Origin: an uncultured SAR86 cluster bacterium | Lineage (GTDB): Bacteria; Pseudomonadota; Gammaproteobacteria; Magnimaribacterales; D2472 | Direction: 5' to 3' | DNA: 64,000 nt | NCBI GenBank assembly: GCA_902511575.1 | Contig: CABXFU010000005.1 | Location: 2,753 to 66,752 of the forward strand | Part shown: piece after piece, positions 53,690 through 63,421 of the stretch | How the letters are laid out: each line of letters opens with the position of its first letter | How positions within the stretch are numbered: the first letter of the stretch is position 1 | Made by a program: the position numbers and the translations under genes | The notes under the pieces: model-generated | Databases searched by the model: none | Seen by the model: only the letters and a program-made list of their open reading frames with translations | Told to the model about the DNA's origin: nothing

Positions 53690-54359
53690 CTCTGGTTTTA
53701 CATTTACGAGGGTTAAGGATCAAATGATTCAGCAGTTACTTGATATGGGAATAAAAGATTTTCGTGTTCTTGATGCTTTAAGCCAGGTCCCTAGACATAT
53801 TTTTTTAGATCAAGCGCTGTGGAGTAGAGCATATGAAAATAGAGCATTAACCATAGGATATAAGCAAACAATTTCACAGCCCTACATCGTTGCTCGAATG
53901 ACAGAGCATTTGCTTTCTCACACATCAAAAAGAGGAAAAGTTCTCAATCATGTTCTTGAAATAGGATCAGGTTGCGGTTACCAATCAGCCGTATTATCTT
54001 ACTTTGCAAATGATGTCTGTGCAGTTGAAAGAATCAAACCTCTGGTTGCAAAATCGCGTGAAAATTTAAGCGAGTTAAAAATCAGAAATGTTATTATTAA
54101 ACATGCAGATGGATTTAATGGTTGGGAGGAAGACTTAAAATTTGATGGAATAATTTGTGCAGCGGCTCCGAGACAATATCCAGAAGAGTTGCTTGATCTG
54201 TTGGAGGTTGGAGGGAAGCTTGTCATCCCTGTCGGCCTTGAGGGAAAACAAAAACTTTATGTTATAACAAAAAAGAGTGAGACTGAAAATGAGGAAATAA
54301 TCCACGAAGAGGTCGCATTTGTACCAATGCTGCCAGGCGTTTCCAATGGAGAATTTTAA
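53682..54359 (+). CDS. pcm: Protein-L-isoaspartate O-methyltransferase
   Basis: VPRHIF, QTISQPYIVA, VLEIGSGCGY, FVPM. Start placed at GTG 53682 after GAGAGG. Confidence 0.95.
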   Translation: MSSSGFTFTRVKDQMIQQLLDMGIKDFRVLDALSQVPRHIFLDQALWSRAYENRALTIGYKQTISQPYIVARMTEHLLSHTSKRGKVLNHVLEIGSGCGYQSAVLSYFANDVCAVERIKPLVAKSRENLSELKIRNVIIKHADGFNGWEEDLKFDGIICAAAPRQYPEELLDLLEVGGKLVIPVGLEGKQKLYVITKKSETENEEIIHEEVAFVPMLPGVSNGEF

Positions 54360-54361
54360 GG

Positions 54362-55084
54362 ATGAATAATCAAATCAAATATTCTTTAGCTGGATTTTGC
54401 ATGGGAGTTGCAGAGCTGATCCCAGGCATTTCCGGGTCTACTGTTGCTGTAATTTTTAAGATTTATCCAAACTTAATGACAATATTAAGCCAGTTAAGAT
54501 TAAAAAATTTAACCTTAAGCTTCCAATCTCTTTCAAAAACATTTCAATTTAATGTTTCTCTGCCTTTGATATTTTCCATGATGATTGCTGTCATTTTGTG
54601 CTCTAAAGGAATTAACTACTTATTGACTAATTATGAGGAAATATTCCTCATATCATTGGGTTTACTAATGATCGCATTATCTATTTACGTAATTAATTAT
54701 TTTAAAGATCTTGCTGAGGACAAGAAACTAATAATATTTTTATCTTTAGGAATTATTATCGGATTCGCGTTGCAAGAATTAAATATTAGCTCAGAAAATA
54801 CATCTATTTTTTATTTATTTTTAAGTGGAATAGTGGCTTTTTCATTTTTTTTAATACCCGGTATTTCTGGAAGTGCTATGTTGGTAGTTTTGGGAGTTTA
54901 TGGCCCAATTATTCAGGCAGTTTCAGCCTTTGATTTTGTTTTATTGTTACCGTTTGCGTTAGGCTGCCTAATTTCACTTTTACTTTTACCTAAAGTAGTT
55001 TTATCAATATATTCTTCTCATGAGCTAAAATTAATGCATATTTTTTCTGGCCTAATACTTTCATCAGGTATTTTTTTACTATGA
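54362..55084 (+). CDS. DUF368 membrane protein (PopT-like undecaprenyl-phosphate translocase family)
   Basis: Duplicated MG.AE.IPGISGST / LIPGISGSAML motifs, multi-TM. Confidence 0.85.
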   Translation: MNNQIKYSLAGFCMGVAELIPGISGSTVAVIFKIYPNLMTILSQLRLKNLTLSFQSLSKTFQFNVSLPLIFSMMIAVILCSKGINYLLTNYEEIFLISLGLLMIALSIYVINYFKDLAEDKKLIIFLSLGIIIGFALQELNISSENTSIFYLFLSGIVAFSFFLIPGISGSAMLVVLGVYGPIIQAVSAFDFVLLLPFALGCLISLLLLPKVVLSIYSSHELKLMHIFSGLILSSGIFLL

Positions 55085-55731
55085 TTCGATTTGATAAAAA
55101 AATACTGCTTGTTTTAATTTTAATAATTTCAGGCTGCTCCAGCTTGGATTCTTTAAAGCAATCCTATAAAAATTTTTTATCTTCTTCGGAAGAATCTTAT
55201 ATTGTTCAGCCAGGCGATTCTATCTGGTCTATTGCAATAAATTTTAATTTAGATTCAGAGCAATTAATTAAAAATAATAACTTGAAAGAGCCTTATATTA
55301 TTTATCCAAATCAAGAGCTCTTTCTCTATAGCACAATTTTTGAAAGTAATCTGAAAGATCAATTTAAACCTATTAAATGGCATCACCCATTGGGAGAGAA
55401 ATCAATCATAGCTTTAAAAGATGATTCTTGGTTAATTTTTAAAGAACCCAAGGGGTTGCCTATTCACTCCATAAATCTTGGAAAGGTAGTCGTTTCTGGC
55501 CCTGATATCCCAGGTTATGGAAATTTGGTAATGATTTCTCATCCTGATGGTTACTTAAGCCTATACGCTCATTGCGATAAAATATTTGTTGAGAAGGGAG
55601 ATGAGGTCATAAAGGGGGCGATGATAGCTCAACTTGGAAATTCAGAAGCAGCTTATCCAATGTTGCGATTCCAGCTAAGAAAAAATGGACAACCTCTTAG
55701 AGCTAAAACTGTAAATACACTTTTTAATTAA
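55081..55731 (+). CDS. nlpD: NlpD-like lipoprotein (LysM plus degenerate M23 domain)
   Basis: Lipobox ISGC, LysM YIVQPGDSIWSIA, GYGNLVMISH...YAH; position after surE-pcm. Confidence 0.8.
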   Translation: MIRFDKKILLVLILIISGCSSLDSLKQSYKNFLSSSEESYIVQPGDSIWSIAINFNLDSEQLIKNNNLKEPYIIYPNQELFLYSTIFESNLKDQFKPIKWHHPLGEKSIIALKDDSWLIFKEPKGLPIHSINLGKVVVSGPDIPGYGNLVMISHPDGYLSLYAHCDKIFVEKGDEVIKGAMIAQLGNSEAAYPMLRFQLRKNGQPLRAKTVNTLFN

Positions 55732-55742
55732 TTAAATATAAA

Positions 55743-56066
55743 TTATCGTTCAAGAAGATGTTTTTTTTCTTTGATTTGCGAAAACTCTTTAGCCTCAGGT
55801 AACTCGTCTTTTTCCTCTGTTATATTTGGCCAAACTTCACTTAATTCGGCATTAATTTCGATAAACTCTATCTGATCAGATGGAAGCTCATCTTCGGAGA
55901 AAATTGCGTCAACTGGGCATTCAGGTTCACACAAAGCACAATCAATACATTCTTCTGGATGAATTACTAGAAAATTGGGGCCTTCATAAAAACAATCAAC
56001 GGGACAGACCTCTACACAGTCCGTGTGCTTACATTTTATACATGATTCAGTAACTATGAATGCCAT
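55743..56066 (-). CDS. fdxA: 7Fe ferredoxin (Azotobacter FdI type)
   Basis: [18 protein letters not shown]...[12 protein letters not shown]. Confidence 0.96.
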   Translation of the reverse strand: MAFIVTESCIKCKHTDCVEVCPVDCFYEGPNFLVIHPEECIDCALCEPECPVDAIFSEDELPSDQIEFIEINAELSEVWPNITEEKDELPEAKEFSQIKEKKHLLER

Positions 56067-56170
56067 TGCTTGTGGTGAAAAGTTAGGTTAAAAAAGATTT
56101 TAACAATGAGTTATGAACAAGTCAGCATGAATTTGATAATATTTAATTTACTTTTGCCGAATTTATAATA

Positions 56171-56190
56171 TACTGTACAAATATACAGTA
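56171..56190 (+). promoter_or_regulatory. LexA (SOS) box upstream of recA
   Basis: TACTGTACAAATATACAGTA = CTGT-N8-ACAG, between TATAAT (56164-56169) and the SD AAGGAG. Confidence 0.9.
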
Positions 56191-56202
56191 AAGGAGTTTA
56201 TT

Positions 56203-57210
56203 ATGTCAGATAAAGATAAAAACTTAAACGAGACTTTATCTCAAATTGAAAAGCAGTTTGGTAAAGGAACCGTCATGAAAATGGGAGATAGAGAAATTGT
56301 GGATATGCCATCAGTTTCTACTGGTTCATTAGGTCTTGATATAGCGTTAGGTATTGGCGGTCTGCCAAAGGGAAGGGTTGTAGAAATCTTTGGACCTGAA
56401 TCATCTGGAAAAACAACATTAACCCTTCAAGCTATTGCTGAATGTCAAAAAGCTGGTGGTACTGCTGCATTTATAGATGCTGAGCACGCACTTGATCCGA
56501 ATTATGCTGAAAAATTAGGTGTAAACGTAGATGAACTTTTACTTTCTCAGCCTGATACAGGAGAACAAGCATTGGAAGTTACGGATATGCTTGTAAAATC
56601 TGGAAGCGTAGATTTGATTGTCGTAGACTCTGTTGCTGCTCTAACACCGAGAGCTGAGATTGAAGGCGATATGGGTGATCATCATATGGGCCTTCAGGCT
56701 CGCTTGATGTCACAAGCTCTAAGAAAAATTACAGGAAACATACAGCGCTCTAATGCAATGGTTATATTTATTAATCAAATCAGAATGAAGATTGGAGTTA
56801 TGTTTGGAAATCCTGAGACGACTACTGGGGGTAACGCCTTAAAATTTTACTCATCAGTTCGATTAGACATTAGACGTATAGGCGCTGTTAAAGAAGGTGA
56901 GGAGGTTGTTGGCAATGAAACAAGGGTCAAAGTTGTTAAGAATAAAGTTTCACCTCCCTTCAAGCAGGCAGAGTTTCAAATCATGTATGGAGAGGGAATT
57001 AATACAGAAGGTGAGATTCTAGAGCTAGGGCAAAAGCTTGAGTTGGTTGAAAAATCTGGATCTTGGTATAGCCATAATGGCGAAAAAATTGGACAAGGCA
57101 AAGTAAATGCAAGTAAATTTTTAAAAGAAAATACTAAGATTAGGGATAGCCTAGTAAAGGAAATTAGAAAAGCTTATATCCCATCAGTGAACAAAACAGC
57201 TAAGAAATAA
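56203..57210 (+). CDS. recA: Recombinase RecA
   Basis: [33 protein letters not shown]. Confidence 0.99.
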   Translation: MSDKDKNLNETLSQIEKQFGKGTVMKMGDREIVDMPSVSTGSLGLDIALGIGGLPKGRVVEIFGPESSGKTTLTLQAIAECQKAGGTAAFIDAEHALDPNYAEKLGVNVDELLLSQPDTGEQALEVTDMLVKSGSVDLIVVDSVAALTPRAEIEGDMGDHHMGLQARLMSQALRKITGNIQRSNAMVIFINQIRMKIGVMFGNPETTTGGNALKFYSSVRLDIRRIGAVKEGEEVVGNETRVKVVKNKVSPPFKQAEFQIMYGEGINTEGEILELGQKLELVEKSGSWYSHNGEKIGQGKVNASKFLKENTKIRDSLVKEIRKAYIPSVNKTAKK

Positions 57211-57249
57211 TTATCCTTAAACTTGTTATGACGCATGGAAATTGATTAA

Positions 57250-57274
57250 GATACTCTCAATATAGGAGAGTATC
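57250..57274 (+). promoter_or_regulatory. Perfect 9-bp inverted repeat covering the thiolase RBS
   Basis: GATACTCTC-aatatag-GAGAGTATC immediately before ATG 57275. Confidence 0.55.
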
Positions 57275-58453
57275 ATGTCAAATAATGCGTATATAGTTTC
57301 AGCAGTTAGAACGGCTGGAGGAAAGAAAAACGGAAGTTTAAGTCAGTGGCACCCAGCCGATCTTGGTGCAAAAGTCCTAGATGAGCTTGTTCATCAGTCA
57401 GGCATTGATCCAGCGTTAATTGACGACGTCATATTTGGATGTGTTGACCAAGTTGGAGCTCAATCGGGTAATGTCGCTAGAAATGCTATTCTTGCTTCAA
57501 GTTTGCCTGAATCTGTTCCTGGAACCTCAGTTGACCGACAATGTGGTTCATCTCAACAAGCTATTCATTTTGCAATTCAGGCTGTTATGTCAGGTACTCA
57601 AGATGTCGTAATTGGAGGGGGAGTTGAGGTTATGTCTATGGTGCCGATAGGTGCAAGTATTAAAGATGGGTTTGAAGCTGGTCATGGCTTGCCATTTGAT
57701 TCAGATGGGATGAAAGAAAGATATCCCGGTATTTTCTTTTCTCAATTTACCGGTGCTGAGCTGATGGCTGAAAAATGGAATTTGTCTAGAGAAGATCTTG
57801 ATAAGTTTGCTTTAAGCAGCCACCAAAAAGCTGCAGCAGCAGTTGAGGGTAAGTATTTTGATAGAGAGATTCTTCCTATTCAAGCCAAGAATGCCGAAGG
57901 AAAAACTGATATGGTTCTTAATGATGAGGGCATAAGATATGACGCAAGTCTTGAAGCTCTCTCAGGTTTGAATCCAGTTACTGAGGGTGGTGTCATTACC
58001 GCCGGTAATGCAAGTCAGATCACAGATGGAGCTGCTGCACTTATGATTTGTAATGATGAAGGGCTTAAAAAAGTAAAAGCTGATCCGAGAGCAAGGATTG
58101 TTGGCATAAGTGTTGTTGGTGATGATCCAATAATGATGCTAGGAGGACCAATTCCTGCATCTCATAAAGTTTTAAAAGCTACCAATCTAAACATCAATGA
58201 TATTGATCTGTATGAGGTCAATGAGGCTTTTGCTCCTGTCCCGTTATCTTGGGCTATTGAGTTAAAAGCAGATATGTCAAAATTAAATGTAAATGGAGGA
58301 GCAATGGCCTTAGGTCATCCTTTAGGTGCGACTGGCGCTAAACTGATGACAACATTGCTGCATGAGCTTGAAAGAACAAATGGAAGGTATGGTTTACAAG
58401 CGATCTGTGAGGGTGGTGGAACTGCTAATGCAACAATAATTGAGAGAATCTAA
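57275..58453 (+). CDS. Acetyl-CoA C-acyltransferase (thiolase)
   Basis: RQCGSSQ (catalytic Cys), NEAFA, GHPLGATG, CEGGG. Confidence 0.95.
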   Translation: MSNNAYIVSAVRTAGGKKNGSLSQWHPADLGAKVLDELVHQSGIDPALIDDVIFGCVDQVGAQSGNVARNAILASSLPESVPGTSVDRQCGSSQQAIHFAIQAVMSGTQDVVIGGGVEVMSMVPIGASIKDGFEAGHGLPFDSDGMKERYPGIFFSQFTGAELMAEKWNLSREDLDKFALSSHQKAAAAVEGKYFDREILPIQAKNAEGKTDMVLNDEGIRYDASLEALSGLNPVTEGGVITAGNASQITDGAAALMICNDEGLKKVKADPRARIVGISVVGDDPIMMLGGPIPASHKVLKATNLNINDIDLYEVNEAFAPVPLSWAIELKADMSKLNVNGGAMALGHPLGATGAKLMTTLLHELERTNGRYGLQAICEGGGTANATIIERI

Positions 58454-59734
58454 TTAGCTAATTTTGTAGTGCTCAAAAATAGTTGTAATATCCTCAACTT
58501 TTCCAATAGAGCTTTGACCATCTCTGTGTTTTAGCTCTACTTCATTATTTTGTAGATATTGCTTGCCTATAATAATATTGACTGGAATACCAATTAATTC
58601 AGCATCTTTGATTTTAGTTCCATAGCCGTCTTTTCTATCATCAAGCATCACCTCATATCCCATGGATGATAATTCGTTATATAAATCTGTTGCAGCTTTT
58701 GCTATTTTTTCATCTTTATCAAAACCTATTGCAACAATGTTTACTTCAAATGGAGTCATAGCCTCTGGCCATATAATTCCTTTTTCATCATTATTTTGCT
58801 CTATTGCCGCTGCTACAAGTCTTGATACTCCTATTCCATAGCAACCCATAAAAAGGTTTTTTGCTTTACCTTCATGATCAAGAACACTTGCTTTCATAGC
58901 ATCTGTGTAAACTTTTCCAAGTTGAAAAATATGACCAACTTCAATTCCTTTTTTAATCTGAATTGTGCCTTTTCCATCAGGCGATGGTTTTCCTTGAAGA
59001 GATTCTATAGCGTCTCCCTCTTCTAATAAAAGTTCAGTATTGATAGCAAAATCCGAAGAGTCACTGACTGCAATAGTATCCTCACCATTTTCAGCTAAAA
59101 CATGAAATTCTTCTGATGCATCCCCACCAATCGCTCCTGAATCTGCTTTTACGATTTTAAATTTTAAACCCAATCTATCTAGAATTTTTTTATAGGCCTC
59201 TTTCATTAAAAGATATGACTCGTTCAATGACTCTTCATTTAGATTAAAGCTGTAGGAGTCCTTCATTAAAAATTCTCTTCCTCTCATCACACCATACCTA
59301 GGCCTTACCTCATCTCTAAATTTAGTTTGAATTTGATAAAGATTTAGAGGCAATTCCTTATAACTTTTAATATTATTTCTGATTAAGTCTGTTATGACTT
59401 CTTCATGCGTGGGACCGAGGCAAAAATCTCTTTCATGTCTATCTTTTATTCGCAAAAGCTCAGGACCCATTTTGTCCCACCTTTGAGTTTCTTCCCATAG
59501 CTCTTTTGGTTGAACCATTGGCATAAGAATCTCTTGTGCTCCAGACGCATTCATTTCTTCTCGAACAATATTTTCGACCTTTCTCAATACTTTTAATCCA
59601 ATGGGCAGCCATGTGTATATTCCCGATGTAACTCTTCGTATCATCCCGGATCTAAGCATCAGTTGATGGCTGATAACCTCAGCATCTTGAGGGATATCTT
59701 TTAAAGTAGGCAAAAAAATCTTAGACCAAAACAT
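58454..59734 (-). CDS. proS: Proline--tRNA ligase lacking the INS editing domain
   Basis: [38 protein letters not shown]; only 426 aa. Confidence 0.96.
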   Translation of the reverse strand: MFWSKIFLPTLKDIPQDAEVISHQLMLRSGMIRRVTSGIYTWLPIGLKVLRKVENIVREEMNASGAQEILMPMVQPKELWEETQRWDKMGPELLRIKDRHERDFCLGPTHEEVITDLIRNNIKSYKELPLNLYQIQTKFRDEVRPRYGVMRGREFLMKDSYSFNLNEESLNESYLLMKEAYKKILDRLGLKFKIVKADSGAIGGDASEEFHVLAENGEDTIAVSDSSDFAINTELLLEEGDAIESLQGKPSPDGKGTIQIKKGIEVGHIFQLGKVYTDAMKASVLDHEGKAKNLFMGCYGIGVSRLVAAAIEQNNDEKGIIWPEAMTPFEVNIVAIGFDKDEKIAKAATDLYNELSSMGYEVMLDDRKDGYGTKIKDAELIGIPVNIIIGKQYLQNNEVELKHRDGQSSIGKVEDITTIFEHYKIS

Positions 59735-59788
59735 TTTTATATTTGAATTTTCATTTAGTTTATAATTCTATATTTTTTTTAGAGACTT

Positions 59789-60079
59789 ATGCCGATTTAT
59801 GAATATAAATGCTTGAAATGTGAGCATCAATTCGAAGTTATTCAGAGATTTTCAGATAATCCTGTTGAAACTTGCCCTGCATGTAATAGAAAAACAGTAA
59901 AAAAATTAGTTTCTGCTCCTTCTTTTAGGTTGAAGGGAGGGGGTTGGTATGAAACTGATTTTAAAACTGGCTCTAAAAAGAATATAGTAGACACTAAGGA
60001 TGAAAAATCAAAACAGCCCAAAGAACAAACTAAAACTACTGATCAATCTAAAAACAAAAGTCCAGATAAAAAAACTTAA
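59789..60079 (+). CDS. FmdB-family zinc-ribbon protein
   Basis: MPIYEYKC..C...[17 protein letters not shown]; usual position upstream of aspS. Confidence 0.92.
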   Translation: MPIYEYKCLKCEHQFEVIQRFSDNPVETCPACNRKTVKKLVSAPSFRLKGGGWYETDFKTGSKKNIVDTKDEKSKQPKEQTKTTDQSKNKSPDKKT

Positions 60080-60096
60080 ATAAGAGAGAGATAAAC

Positions 60097-61863
60097 ATGC
60101 GTTCACATTATTGCGGAGATATTAATAGTTCAGACATTGGTAGCAATATTGAGATTTCTGGATGGGTTCATAAGCGAAGAGATCACGGCGGTGTAATTTT
60201 TTTAGATATTCGTGATTTGCATGGAATTGTTCAAGTTGTTTTTAATCCAGATTTAAAAGAAATATTTGATACTGCAGATTCTTGCAGAAGTGAGTATGTC
60301 GTTAATATTACAGGATTGGTTAGAAAGAGAATTGAGGGTGCCATCAATCCAAAAATGGCAACAGGAGAGATAGAAATTGAAGCAAACGGTTTAACGATTT
60401 TTAGTTTAGCTGTTACTCCCCAATTTCCACTAGATGACTACCAAGATGTGAATGAGGATGTAAGGCTGAAACATAGATTTTTAGATTTAAGACGCCCTGA
60501 TGTTAATCAGCGGCTGGTCAAGAGGTCACAGATCACTTCAAAGATTAGGTCTATCTTAGAAAATAATAATTTTCATGAAGTTGAAACTCCAATATTGACT
60601 AGAGCTACACCTGAAGGAGCAAGAGATTATTTAGTTCCAAGCAGAGTGCATCCCGGCGAGTTTTTTGCATTACCTCAATCTCCTCAGCTATTTAAACAAT
60701 TGCTTATGATTGGTGGGCTGGATAAATACTATCAAATTGCTAAATGTTTTAGGGATGAAGATTTGCGGGCAGATAGGCAGCCTGAATTTACTCAAGTTGA
60801 TATTGAGGCTTCATTTGTTTCTACCGAAGAAATAATAGAACTCGGAGAGCACCTGATTACATCGCTACTCTCTGAATTTACAGATTATCAAAAAGCAGAA
60901 GTGCCTAGAATTACATATAAAGAATCCATTGAAAAATACGGATGCGATAAGCCTGATTTAAGAATTCCACTTGAGCTTAATGAAATTTCTGAGCTTGTAA
61001 AAGATGAAGAATTTAAAGTATTTTCTGGTCCAGCAAATGATCACGCTTCACGAGTGGTGGCCCTCAAGGTTCCAGAAGCAGCATCCATGACAAGAAAAAA
61101 AATTGATGAGTATACCGATTTTGTTGGTAAGTTGGGTGCTAAAGGTCTTGCATATATTAAAGTTGTAGATCTTGATCAAGAAAATGGACTTCAATCACCA
61201 ATACTGAAATTTTTTCAAAAAGAAACAATTGATTCAATTCTTGCTTCTCTAAATGTGCAGAATAATGACATTATATTTTTTGGAGCTGGAAAGGCAGACA
61301 TTGTAAACCTCTCAATGAGTTCATTAATAAAAAGATTGGGTGAAGATTTTAGTTTAATGAATTCTTCATGGGCGCCATGTTGGATAGTAGATTTTCCAAT
61401 GTTTGAAAGAAATAAAGAAAATAACCTTACTTCTTTGCATCATCCATTTACTTTACCCGCTGTAACAATTGATGAATTAAGAAATGATCCCGATAATTCT
61501 TTGGCCTGCGCATATGACTTTGTTTTAAATGGTTATGAGCTTGGGGGAGGTTCTTTAAGGGTGTATGAGCCTTCAATGCAAAAAGAGATATTTTCAATAC
61601 TAGGCATTTCTCCTGATGAAGCTAAAGAAAAATTTGGTTTCCTTTTGTCAGCATTATCATCTGGATGTCCGCCTCACGGAGGCATTGCATTTGGTTTAGA
61701 TAGAATTGTTATGTTGCTATCTGATACAACTAATATCCGTGATGTTATTGCTTTTCCTAAAACCCAAAGCGCATCTTGTTTGCTTACTGATGCTCCAGGC
61801 ATGGTCTCTGATGATCAGCTTGATGAGTTGAACGTCAAGTCCACTTTTGAACCGGAGCAATAG
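60097..61863 (+). CDS. aspS: Aspartate--tRNA(Asp/Asn) ligase, probably non-discriminating
   Basis: MRSHYCG, RRDHGG (His associated with ND-AspRS), [23 protein letters not shown]; gatCAB present in the window. Confidence 0.97.
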   Translation: MRSHYCGDINSSDIGSNIEISGWVHKRRDHGGVIFLDIRDLHGIVQVVFNPDLKEIFDTADSCRSEYVVNITGLVRKRIEGAINPKMATGEIEIEANGLTIFSLAVTPQFPLDDYQDVNEDVRLKHRFLDLRRPDVNQRLVKRSQITSKIRSILENNNFHEVETPILTRATPEGARDYLVPSRVHPGEFFALPQSPQLFKQLLMIGGLDKYYQIAKCFRDEDLRADRQPEFTQVDIEASFVSTEEIIELGEHLITSLLSEFTDYQKAEVPRITYKESIEKYGCDKPDLRIPLELNEISELVKDEEFKVFSGPANDHASRVVALKVPEAASMTRKKIDEYTDFVGKLGAKGLAYIKVVDLDQENGLQSPILKFFQKETIDSILASLNVQNNDIIFFGAGKADIVNLSMSSLIKRLGEDFSLMNSSWAPCWIVDFPMFERNKENNLTSLHHPFTLPAVTIDELRNDPDNSLACAYDFVLNGYELGGGSLRVYEPSMQKEIFSILGISPDEAKEKFGFLLSALSSGCPPHGGIAFGLDRIVMLLSDTTNIRDVIAFPKTQSASCLLTDAPGMVSDDQLDELNVKSTFEPEQ

Positions 61864-62601
61864 ATGGCTGGACATTCCAAATGGGCGAACATTAAACATC
61901 GAAAAGCAAGGCAGGACGCATCTCGAGGAAAAGTCTGGACCAAGGTTATCAGGGAGATTACAGTTGCAGCAAAAGGGGGTCCAGATCCAAGTGATAATCC
62001 CAGACTTCGACTAGCTTTGGATAAAGCAAATGCTGCAAATATGCCCAAGGATACAATCAAGCGAGCAATCCAAAAGGGTTCTGGAACAGGCGAAATGGGC
62101 GTCATTGAAGAGCTAACTTTCGAAGGCTATGGTCCTAATGGTGTTGCAATTTTAGTTGAAACGATGACGGATAATAGAAATAGAACAGTAGCAGATGTCC
62201 GCCATGCTTTTTCAAAATTTGGTGGCAACATGGGTACCGACGGCTCAGTTGCTTACCTTTTTAATAAGCTAGGAATAGTTCAAGTCGATCTAACTAACGA
62301 TGAAGATCAGATCATGGAGATTGCATTAGATGCTGGAGCAGATGATTTTACTGTGACAGAAGATTATTTTGAAATCATTTCCACCCCTGCAAATCTATCT
62401 GCTGTTACCGAGGCTTTTAAGAAGAACAATATTGAAACACTGTTAGCCGAAAATACAATGAGAGCCGATACATTAGTTAATCTAGACCAAGAAGCATCTG
62501 AGAAAGTTCTTAAAATTATGAATTTCATGGATGATCTTGACGATGTTCAAGAGGTTCATACAAATGCTGAATTTCCTGAAGACTTTACTGAAGAGGTCTA
62601 G
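61864..62601 (+). CDS. yebC: YebC/PmpR family protein
   Basis: MAGHSKWANIKHRK, EGYGP, TDNRNRT, DDVQEV. Confidence 0.97.
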   Translation: MAGHSKWANIKHRKARQDASRGKVWTKVIREITVAAKGGPDPSDNPRLRLALDKANAANMPKDTIKRAIQKGSGTGEMGVIEELTFEGYGPNGVAILVETMTDNRNRTVADVRHAFSKFGGNMGTDGSVAYLFNKLGIVQVDLTNDEDQIMEIALDAGADDFTVTEDYFEIISTPANLSAVTEAFKKNNIETLLAENTMRADTLVNLDQEASEKVLKIMNFMDDLDDVQEVHTNAEFPEDFTEEV

Positions 62602-62603
62602 TT

Positions 62604-63026
62604 GTGGCAATTAATTCAAGAACTAAAGGAGCTAATTTTGAAAGAGAAATTGGCAATCTTCTTGTTGAGCAGCTAGGGTTAAGTCAACCCGTTAAAAGAA
62701 TTCTTGAACAAACACGAACAAAAGAATTGCCTGATTTAAAACTAGGCAGATGGTGCTTAGAATGCAAAAGATATGGGGATGGATCTGAACCATCCTCAGA
62801 TTGGTGGGATCAAGTTTTGGCAGCCACAGGAGAAGGGGAGTTTCCAGCTTTAATTTATAAGTTTAATCGCCGACCAATTAAAGTCAGGATACTTGCTGGA
62901 ACTTTAATTCCAGAGTTAGATTTTTCCCCTATGACAATTGATTTAATGTGGGAAGATTTTATAGAAATTCTTAGGCACCTCTTTCAGGTAGATATTGAGC
63001 AACATGAATCCTCATTTCAGGTCTAA
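62604..63026 (+). CDS. PD-(D/E)xK nuclease, putative Hjc/phage-type Holliday junction resolvase, in the ruvCAB position
   Basis: SRTKGANFERE (E13), PDL (D44), LECKR (E53, K55), WWDQ...PALIYKFNR; no RuvC GIDPG motif. Confidence 0.75.
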   Translation: MAINSRTKGANFEREIGNLLVEQLGLSQPVKRILEQTRTKELPDLKLGRWCLECKRYGDGSEPSSDWWDQVLAATGEGEFPALIYKFNRRPIKVRILAGTLIPELDFSPMTIDLMWEDFIEILRHLFQVDIEQHESSFQV

Positions 63027-63420
63027 AGATTTCCATTGCAGAATTTATGTGGAAGATACTGATTTTCAGGGTGTTGTGTACCATGCAAATTATCTCAAAT
63101 ACTTAGAAAGAGCTCGCTCTCAGTTTTTGATTGAAAATAACTTATCTCAAACAGATGCAATGTCAAAAGGGAATGAATCTTATGTTGTTAAATCAATCAA
63201 TCTTTCCTATTACCATCCGGCAATATTAGAAGATGAGTTGACCATAAAAACAGAAATAGAGTTGGTTACCAAAGCTAGAACTATATTTTTTCAATCTGTT
63301 TTGAATTCAAAAAATGATACACTCATTTGCAAGGGCGAAGTGGAAGTTTGTTTTATTAACAATGACTCAGGCAAACCCAAAGCTTTCCCTTTGGGTTTAT
63401 TAAATTTATTTAAGAGCTAA
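63004..63420 (+). CDS. ybgC: Tol-Pal-associated acyl-CoA thioesterase YbgC
   Basis: RIYVEDTDFQGVVYHANYLKYLERAR; directly upstream of tolQ. Confidence 0.93.
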   Translation: MNPHFRSKDFHCRIYVEDTDFQGVVYHANYLKYLERARSQFLIENNLSQTDAMSKGNESYVVKSINLSYYHPAILEDELTIKTEIELVTKARTIFFQSVLNSKNDTLICKGEVEVCFINNDSGKPKAFPLGLLNLFKS

Positions 63421-63421
63421 T

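Noticed and set aside
54362-55084. DUF368 gene between pcm and nlpD
   Set aside because: Family function is already described (und-P translocase) and, from recall, this position is common in marine gammaproteobacteria
56067-56160. AT-rich fdxA-recA spacer examined for an sRNA (e.g. RsmZ-like) or tRNA
   Set aside because: No GGA-loop hairpins, cloverleaf or terminator; accounted for by two divergent promoters
62604-63026. Prophage remnant or restriction-modification system around the PD-(D/E)xK nuclease
   Set aside because: No integrase, structural gene, methylase or att repeats; the gene is tightly coupled to core genes on both sides
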